From Octopus sinensis (taxonomy: Eukaryota), in the NCBI RefSeq assembly GCF_006345805.1, contig NC_042998.1, positions 93,372,001-93,436,000 on the forward strand: a stretch of 64,000 nucleotides of DNA, written 5' to 3'. Made by a program: the position numbers and the translations under genes. The notes under the pieces are model-generated. The model was given only the letters and a program-made list of their open reading frames with translations. It was not told the origin of the DNA and ran no database searches. Shown here piece by piece: positions 52,500 to 64,000 of this stretch; within the stretch, counting starts at the first letter, position 1; the number at the start of each line of letters is the position of its first letter.

Positions 52500-52960
52500 C
52501 GTAAATTCCGTCTGTGACCTGCCGACAGTCTGATATTCGGGGTCAGATTCATTCGCAGTCAGTCATGCTTGTCGCGAGCATCTCCACTTCACAAATGAAT
52601 TGTATGAGGCCAGCACCTTCCTCTTCACGTGTTCATTGTAGAAATTCACGAAGGTTGGACCAGGCTGGAAAGTCTTCTCGTTTGTTTCATACGCATCCAT
52701 CATTCATCTTCCTCTAAGATTGTTTTGGTCGAAGACCAGAATCTCTTGCATGCCAGCGTCGTTCATGATCGCCACCACGAAGCCCTCTGTAGAACGTGAA
52801 TGTTCAATTTGCACCAGCTGTGTGGCCCCCCAACCAGTAGCAGACATCGAACCCCTGGCGACATGTGCCCTAACCATATGCCAGACCCCCGGCCTTGGTC
52901 TTTGCTTCATCCAGGATTGCAGAAAGACGTGCCAGACAACAGGTAACCGCATCTGATGAC
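52500..52960 (-). mobile_element. Possible L1/Tx1-type ORF2 C-terminal remnant
   Basis: GC-rich island; minus frames give VWHVFLQ...W and NFYNEHVKRKV...FVKW, loosely like Tx1 ORF2 ends; heavily degenerate. Confidence 0.35.
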
Positions 52961-52984
52961 TGTCCAGAAATCATCAGCATATTC

Positions 52985-53275
52985 GTTTCAAATTTTGGTA
53001 AGTTCAGGGGGAAGTGGGATAAGTCGGTTACATCGATCCCAGTATCCGACCAGTACTTATTTTATCGACACCGAAAGGATGAAAGGCAAAGTCGACCTCG
53101 GCGGAATTTGAACTCAGAACGTGAAGCCGGATGAAATGCGGAAAAGCATTTTGCCCGGCGTGCTAACGATTCTTATTTCTTTATTGCCCACAAGGAGCTA
53201 AATACAGAGGGGACAAACAAGGACAGACAAACGGATTAAGTCGATTATATCGACTCCAGTGCGTAACTGGTACTT
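52985..53275 (-). mobile_element. Two adjacent partial copies of the second SINE family
   Basis: GAAAGGATGAAAGGCAAAGTCGACCTCGGCGG (to ~53175), then the 3' body TATTTCTTTATTGCCCACAAGG...GCGTAACTGGTACTT. Confidence 0.85.
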
Positions 53276-53689
53276 CGAATTTCTTAAAAATCTTCAAATA
53301 AAGAAGTCCAGTTATGTCGAGTATTTTATTATACGTCAAAGTGTGAGTTCTATTTGAAACAAATCTCTTCCTTTCGGGGTTTATGGAGAGGATCACTTCT
53401 ACCTTTCGGTTATCAAATAGCATTGATTCAATAATCAATACCATTGATTGTTTTAGGGTGTGCATATCTCTGTGTGTGTGGATTATATGCGCACATGTGA
53501 GTATAACCGTTACGTATGTATACATACATGTGTTTTTATGTGTACGTACTCGTGTGTATCTATTACGTGTCCTCCTACACGTAAGACTATATATGCGTGT
53601 GTGTATATAACACGCACATACGTACATATGTAACGCACGCATACATATACGTATAAGGTGCACACCCACATGCCACACTCTCGACCCTG

Positions 53690-53860
53690 CACATCTTTAA
53701 TATATCCCTACCATTTTCCCCCTCTCATCCTTTTCTGTCGAAGAGCGTAGGCTCGAAATCTCAAAGACTTTTTCAGTCTTCCTGAGCGTCAAACTAATAC
53801 ATCTGCTTGTAGTTTATACACCTGTCTTTGTCTTTTGTTTTCTGTAAATTCTCTATATAT
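53690..53860 (+). mobile_element. Penelope-like element terminal fragment
   Basis: GTCGAAGAGCGTAGGCTCGAAATC...CCTGAGCGTCAAAC, ending in (TA)n. Confidence 0.45.
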
Positions 53861-54484
53861 ATATAGTACAAAGAAAGATAGGGGTTTGGGTGTAACCCAC
53901 TATGGGATATCAATTATCCAATATACTGTTGTAAAAGTACCCAAATTTTAATACATAAGTGTTTTTTAATTGCAATGCAATTAATTCATTTTTGTATTAA
54001 CGGTTAAGGTAAAGAAATATTTTTTACCGTGAATTTATAATACCAAATATGAAAATGGAGAAACAATTTTAGTTTGTTCATCAACTTTCGGATATTACAA
54101 TGTTGGATTGATTATTCATTTACAAATGAGGACATCAAAAGCATACCAAAATATTATATCATCAATAGATAAGATAATAATACAAATACAGATTTTAAAA
54201 GTCATATTATAACTTAATGAAATCCTAAAAATTACTTCTTACAGCTGTTTCAGCGTATGATCAAAAGTGAATCTAATTTTTCATTGCCTATAGATGTCCC
54301 ATACTAAGGTTGTAGGCATTTATATGTTAAAAGAGCCATAGGCCTCGCCAGAGGTTATAATTAACTTTAAAAATATTGATAATAATACCAATATACTAAA
54401 CATGATGCACGTATTACTTAATATATAAAAATAAACAAATACAAATATCCAGATATACACACACACACACCACACCACACACAC

Positions 54485-54643
54485 ATTATATATATATGTA
54501 TATATATATATATATATAAAATATATAATATATATATATAATATATATATATAAATATATATATATGAAATAATATATATATAAATATATATATATAAAT
54601 ATATATATATCAATATATATATATAAATTATATATATATAAAT

Positions 54644-54674
<31 letters not shown>

Positions 54675-54698
54675 AAATATATAAATATATATATATAT

Positions 54699-54730
<32 letters not shown>

Positions 54731-55072
54731 CTAGCAGTATCGCCGGCGTTGCTCAGGTTTGTAAGGAATAACTATAAAGCATTTTAGAGAGATTATAAGC
54801 AAAAATGGAAAAAATGATGGTAAATTATCCGGTTTGTGTTTCTATTCTCTCGACCCCATGTCGAATTTATCGATTTTTTTTAGAACTGGGGAACTTTTCA
54901 AATTTTCGCTGCGTTAGTTTTGAATATGACATGGGCTATGTGTGTGTCAAGTTTCATCAGAATCGTTTGAAAGCTGTGTCAGGGTGGAGGGTACAAGCAA
55001 ACAGACACACAGAAACACGCACAGACAAACTGCCGTTATATATAGAGAGATATATAATATATATATATATAA

Positions 55073-55109
<37 letters not shown>

Positions 55110-55144
55110 ATAAATATATATATATATATATATATAATATATTA

Positions 55145-55215
<71 letters not shown>

Positions 55216-55680
55216 AAATATATATATATATATAATATATATATAATATATATAAATATATATAAATATATATCTATTATATATATATAAATATATATAT
55301 ATATAATATATCTAATAATATATAAAATATATATATATATATATAATATAAATATATAAATAAATATTATATATATAAATATATATAATATATATATATA
55401 TAAATATATATTCAATATATATATATATAAATATATATAAATATATATATATATAAATATATATAAATATATATATAATTAAATATATATAAATATATAT
55501 ATATATAAATATATATAAATATATATATATATAATATAATATAAATATATATATATAAATTATATAAATATTATATATATAAATATATATAAATATATAT
55601 ATATATAATATATATAAATATATATATATATAATAAATATATAAATATATATATATAAAATATATATAAATATATATATA

Positions 55681-55711
<31 letters not shown>

Positions 55712-55718
55712 AATATAT

Positions 55719-55752
<34 letters not shown>

Positions 55753-55817
55753 AAATATATATATATATATATATAAATATATAATATATATATTATATAT
55801 AAATATATATACTATAT

Positions 55818-55850
<33 letters not shown>

Positions 55851-55949
55851 TAAATATATATATATATATATAATATATAATATATATAGATATATATATA
55901 AAATATATATATATATAAATATATATAAATATATATATATATATCTATA

Positions 55950-56002
<53 letters not shown>

Positions 56003-56006
56003 TATA

Positions 56007-56045
<39 letters not shown>

Positions 56046-56074
56046 ATAATATATATATATATTATATAAATAAT

Positions 56075-56116
<42 letters not shown>

Positions 56117-56223
56117 TATATAAATAATATATTATATATACATAATATATATATATATGATATATAAATATATATAAAATATATATATATAAATATAATA
56201 AATATATATATATATATATATAA

Positions 56224-56254
<31 letters not shown>

Positions 56255-56547
56255 AATATATAAATATATATATATAATATAAATAATATTATATAATATA
56301 TATATATATAAATATAATATATATATAAATATATATATATATAAATATCTATATATATAAATATTATTATATATATATATAAATATATATATATAAATAT
56401 AATATATATAAATATATATATTATATATATATCTATAAATATATAAATATAATAATATATATAAATATATATAAATATATATGATTATAAATATATATAT
56501 ATAAATATATAATATATATATATAATAAATATATATATATATAAATA
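54485..56547. repeat. Giant (TA)n/(TAAA) array, almost purely A/T, interrupted by a Helitron-like element
   Basis: Direct reading; interruptions are AA or TT rather than CA. Confidence 0.95.
54731..55050 (-). mobile_element. Non-autonomous Helitron-like element (320 bp) inserted at A/T in the (TA)n array
   Basis: Minus strand starts TC (55050) and ends GAGCAACGCCGGCGATACTG-CTAG (54731), with a GC-rich subterminal palindrome; flanked by A and T. Confidence 0.7.
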
Positions 56548-57305
56548 TACTCTTTTACTCTTTACATTGTTTCACATCCGACTGAGGCCATGCTGGGGGC
56601 ACCGCCCTTGTTGCTTACCCTCTCTAGTCCAGTTTGCGTGGGCTGGCCACGATCTAAGAGAGAGTTGTAGCTGCTGCCCTATGTTACCTTCGTACCTTGC
56701 AGTGGGTTCATCTGGGATCCCGGAAAGCACTTGTCTAGATGTTTTTTGAAAATGTCCACATCCGCATCATGTAGATCTCTTAGTTTTCTTGGCAGTTTGT
56801 TGAACAGCTGAGGGCCCCTGAACCCCAGGCTATTACAGTATCTGCTCCTTACCTGGATGTGAAGACGGGGACCTTTGGCACCACACAGTGACTTCCTGTA
56901 CGGGGATTGGAACAGCTCTCAATTCCAAATTTTGGTGCTAGTCCCTCCAGGATTTCCATATGTAATATCACTGCATATCTCTCTCGTCTTCGTTCCAAGG
57001 AGTACAAATGAGTTCCCTAAGCCTCTCCAATAGTTCTTTTCTTTCAATGGTGGAAATCCTCTGGTGAAATGTCTTTTTGATGTATCAAGCTCTGTGGTTA
57101 GTTTGACACATGCGGTGACCACAGTTGGGAGCAGTAGTCCCGGCGCTTAGGACAAATGTCCTCCATAGTGTCAACATGTCTCGCAGTCTCTGTCTTCGTA
57201 CTGTCCCTCAGGATCCAGCCAGTGAGTCGTCTGCACATTGTCGCCACCTTCGCGATGGTGAAGAAAAAGATGCATCGTCACTCATGTCTATCCCCAGGTC
57301 CCGTA
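56548..57305 (-). mobile_element. LINE lineage C, copy C2 (~750-bp 3' end, indel-rich)
   Basis: Reverse complement of C1 extended to the RDLGIDMS motif; (TA)n on both sides. Confidence 0.88.
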
Positions 57306-57477
57306 TTATATATATATATATTATATCTATATATAAATATATATATAATATAAATATATATAATATCTATATAATATATAAATATATATTATTTATAAAT
57401 ATATATATATATATTTATATAAATATATATATATTAAATATATATATATACTAATATATATATATATATAAATATAT

Positions 57478-57588
57478 ACTTTGATACTTTGATAGTTTTC
57501 AGCCATATTGCCCAGGCCATTCTAACTTAATAGCACCACCTGGTGAAAGTCTTACTCAGAATTTGGGCACTATGGCCCACTCAATATT
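57478..57588 (-). mobile_element. ~110-bp 3' end of a fourth related lineage (D) with (GTATCAAA)n tail
   Basis: Minus strand GGTGGTGC...ATGGCC...GGCTGAAAACTATCAAAGTATCAAAGTA parallels the A/B/C 3' ends; embedded in (TA)n. Confidence 0.55.
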
Positions 57589-57681
57589 ATAAATATATAT
57601 AAATATATATATATATAAATATATATATATAAATTATATATATATATATATAATATATATATATTATATATATATATATAA

Positions 57682-60600
57682 ATCCTTAAATCCTTAAAAT
57701 GTTTTTAGCCCGAAGGCCGCGGCCATGCTGGGGCACCACCGCTGAATGAGCTACACTAGTTTGTGAATCCACCTCTGATACGTGCACTTGATCAACAAGG
57801 GAGTTCGATGCTGCTGCCCGCATCCGTGTCTCCTGTCGTGAGGTAGGTTCATCTGGGACTCCCAACAAGAAGAGATCCAGTTTAGTTTTAAAGAAACCCA
57901 CATCCACACCATGTAAGTCTCTCAGGCATTTAGGGAGGATGTTAAAGAGCTGTGGTCCTCTGAAACCCAAGCTGTTGCAGTATCTGGACCTGTATTTTGA
58001 TGGTGATGTTGGAATCCTTGGCACCACGCAGCGGCGCCGTTCTGCGGTTGGAGTAACTTTGAATGCCAAAGTTTGGGACAAGACCCTCCAGGATTTTCCA
58101 GATGTATATCACACTGCATATCTCTCCCGCCTCCGCTCCAGGGAGAAGAGGTTTAATACCTTCAGTCTTTCCCAGTAGCTGACATTTTGCATTGAGACGA
58201 TTTTCTTTGTGTAGCTTCTCTGAGTTGCTTCGAGTTCTGCTGTTTGTTTTATATTGTGTGGTGACCAAAGTTGGGAGCAGTAGTCCAAGCGGCTGAGGAC
58301 AAATGTTTTCCATAGGACCATCAGTGTCTCCTTCTCTCTTGTTCTGAAAGTTCGGAGAATCCATCCAGCTAGCCGTCTGCATTTTATCACCAGATTAGCA
58401 ATATGCATTTGAAAGATGCATCATTGCTCATGTCAATGCCCAGGTCACGCACTGATTTTGACTCAGGGATTGCAATTCTTCCTGGGCCAGTGTATCCAGT
58501 CTTCACGTCATTTACCTTTGTGTGCCAGTAGCGCAGGGCCTGGAACTTACCTGCATTAAACTGCATGTTGTTGTCCTCAGCCCACCTGTATATTGTGTCC
58601 AGCTCATGTTGCAGATGCGCAATATTTTCAGGGTTTTGTATTGCGTGGGAGACTTTTGTGTCATCTGCATAGCTAGCAAGGGTGGTCATCGTAGCAACTG
58701 AAGGCATGTCTGAAAGGGCCACTATGAACATCAGTGGCCCCAAGACAGTGCCCTGTGGGACACCGCTTGTTATTTGCGTTTCCCTGGAGGTGGCTCCATT
58801 GCTCACAACTGCCTGTTTTCTGTCTTTTAGGAAGTTGTGCAGCCACTCTCCAAGTTTCCCGCCTATGCCGAGACCACGCAGTTTGTGACAGATCATACCA
58901 TGGTCGACTTTATCAAAGGCTTTTGCAAAGTCAAGATATATTACATCCACATTTGAGCCATTTAGTAGCTGTTTCAACACCCAGTCATAGTGTTGCAGGA
59001 GCTGTGTTAGGCAGCCTCTACCTGGTCGAAATCCATGCTGGGTGTCAGACAGTAAGTCATTTTCTTCAAGGAACATGATTAGTTTCTTACGGACTATTCG
59101 TTCCATGACTTTGCTGATGTGTGAGGTCAGAGAGATAGGCCTATATTTTTAGCATCTGCTCTGCTACCTCCCTTATGGATAGGGCATATTACCCCCTCTT
59201 TCAGTTTGACTGGGAGCTTACCACTTGCAAGAAAGCTCTGAAAAAGAAGCTGTAGCGGTTTTGCAAGGGCTCGTTTGCACGATTTGAGAAGGATCGCTGG
59301 GAATCCATCAGGTCCAGCAGCTGAGTTTGTGTCAATCTCATCAATGGCTAGTGTGATATCATCTTCTTCGATGTTGATGTACTCAATTTTTGTCTCTTTG
59401 GTCGCTGGTAAAGTGGCAAAGAATTCTTCTGGGTTGTTTACTTGCCTGTGTCCTAGAGGTGTAGTGAACACACTTTGGAACTGTTCGTTCAGTATTTCAC
59501 TTATCCTCGTGGGATTTCCTGTGAGAGAGCCATCTTTTTGGAAGAGAGGTCCTATTCTCTGGTGCACTGTGGCTGTCTCTTTGGCAAACTTAAAGAAAGC
59601 TTTAGGGTTTGATTTTATATTTTCTATTACCCAGCTTCTTTATCTGCTCTCTCCTTTTCATGGGACTGATGTAGACTTTTCTCAGTTTCCATTAGCATTC
59701 TTTCGAGCCGAGACTTCTCACCACTTTTGGTGTGCTTGCTCAGGCGGTTTGCAATCCTTGTCCGTCGTCTCATAAGAATCCTCCTTTCTCTAGGGATCCT
59801 GTTTTTGTTCTTGTGTGTGCTGGCCCTGCACATTGGGACATATTTGTCACATATGGCTTGTATTATGGCCATGAAGTGTTTGTGTTTCATGTTTATGTCC
59901 GGTGTGGAGAGACATTCAGGCCAATCCTGTTTGAGGATCTCTTTCTCAATCGACTTCCAGTTGGCTTTATGAAAGTTTAAGTTGGAGAGATGGTGGGTGC
60001 TTCGTATAGACAGCTCTATTATGTTGTGATCCGAGATCATTGTCGGCATCACATTAACATTATGGATAATATCCATATTGTTTGTAAAGCAGAGATCCAG
60101 TATATTATCTGCCCTTGTTGTTGCAGAACTATTTGCTCCATGAAAGAGGTATTTGTGAGATGGAGCAGGGACTCCACCTGTGCCTGCTGATGGTGTGTCA
60201 TCCCTGGGAGCATCTGCCCCCAGGCCATTCCACATTGGGGAGTTAAAGTCACCCATAAGAATACACTGTTGTGCTGTTCAAGGTTGGTGAGGACTTCTCC
60301 TATTTTTGTTAGGCAGTCTTCAAACATGCCTGAGTGTTTTGGGCGTCTGGTGGGCGATATGTAGTGCATATGACGATATTCAGTTGTCTTATGTGTACAA
60401 TTTGAGTTTCACATACTGAGTTGAATATGACAGCAGGACCTGGGCGTGAGGTCATCTCGGATGTACATTGCAACTCCACCATGGCTCCTCCCTTTTCTAT
60501 CTGTGCGTATGACTGCATATTGCGGCATGTGTATTTCTGCATCACCTATATCGGGTTCAAGATGCGTTTCTGTGGTGCCATGCATATAGCTTGATTGCAT

Positions 60601-61269
60601 GTCACAAGGTCTCTCAGGAATGAAATTTTCTTTTTACAGTTTCCGCGCAGCAGCCCTCCTACATTCAGTAGAAATATTTTTGTGGTGTTGTGTTGGTGTT
60701 GGTGTCTGTGGTGGCCATCCTGCATCTGTTGGAGGTGGCCTTATGTGGTGGTAGTTCCAGCTTTGTGCTTGTAGCCAGGTCAGCTGCTGAACAATTTTTT
60801 GTGCCATGCACAAAAAAGACTGCTGTTCAGCTCCGCCCTTCTCACATCTGGGTGAAGCTGGCCACCTGTTGGTTTCCGCGCACCACATCTGCATACCGTC
60901 TTTCAGTAGTGGTCAGTGCGCTTTTTTCCCTTCTTTTAACTTTTTGTTTTTGTTCTCCCTGAGGAGGGACCTCTGTCTCGCGTCGTGCGGTTTTGGGTAG
61001 GGCCTCCGATGTGCAAAGCGACAGTTTGCACCTTCAACGCCGTACCAGCAGTCCCCCCTCAGGTAGAATTTGCAGGTGTTTCTTTCCCTGCCCTTACAGT
61101 TTTTGCTGGGGTCCCTCTGCTTTCTCTGGACAGGGCTTCCTTTAGCCTTGATTCTGTCAACCCTTTACCTCCTGCTTCCCATCAATTCCAGTGCCTTTCC
61201 TTTCTTGCGGCCATCGCACCTCTTTGGTCTTCCAGTTGTGGTGTTGGATCTGGACATGTTCATCGTTTT
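57682..61269 (-). mobile_element. LINE lineage B, copy B3 (~3.6 kb, complete 3' end, truncated within ORF1)
   Basis: (GATTTAAG)n tail; RT ORF 58387-59106; APE ORFs 59627-60600; CCCH motif [22 protein letters not shown] near 61010-61075. Confidence 0.93.

Positions 61270-64000
<2,731 letters not shown>

Overview
Eukaryotic, very AT-rich and almost entirely repeat-derived DNA. The SINE families and huge (TA)n tracts point to an octopus (coleoid cephalopod) genome; this is inferred from repeat content, not checked by search. No host protein-coding exon, RNA gene or CRISPR array can be supported. The window is dominated by a nest of CR1/L2-group (APE-RT) LINEs from four lineages, here called A/A', B, C and D, at 17.2-33.0 kb and 56.5-61.3 kb. 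Every free LINE end abuts a (TA)n array, and the arrays reach 1.5-2.8 kb. The apparently full-length copy A (17168-21616, minus strand) has 5' tandem repeats, an ORF1 with an N-terminal Myb/SANT-like (trihelix) domain plus a CCCH finger, and a conserved hairpin with a U6 run where the -1 (ORF2) frame opens. Its 3' stem-loop shows compensatory changes across the LINE lineages and the local SINEs. Other content: tRNA-derived SINEs (two TSD-flanked multimers in inverted orientation), RTE-type 3' ends, R4/Dong-type RLE LINE fragments, a Tx1/L1-type ORF1 remnant, Tc1/mariner, hAT, Helitron-like and fold-back elements, a mini-element carrying TTAGGG repeats, a 1.77-kb tandem duplication and a 100-N scaffold gap. 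Many frameshifts look like 1-bp consensus errors. Protein family calls are by motif recognition by eye; coordinates of degenerate repeats are approximate.
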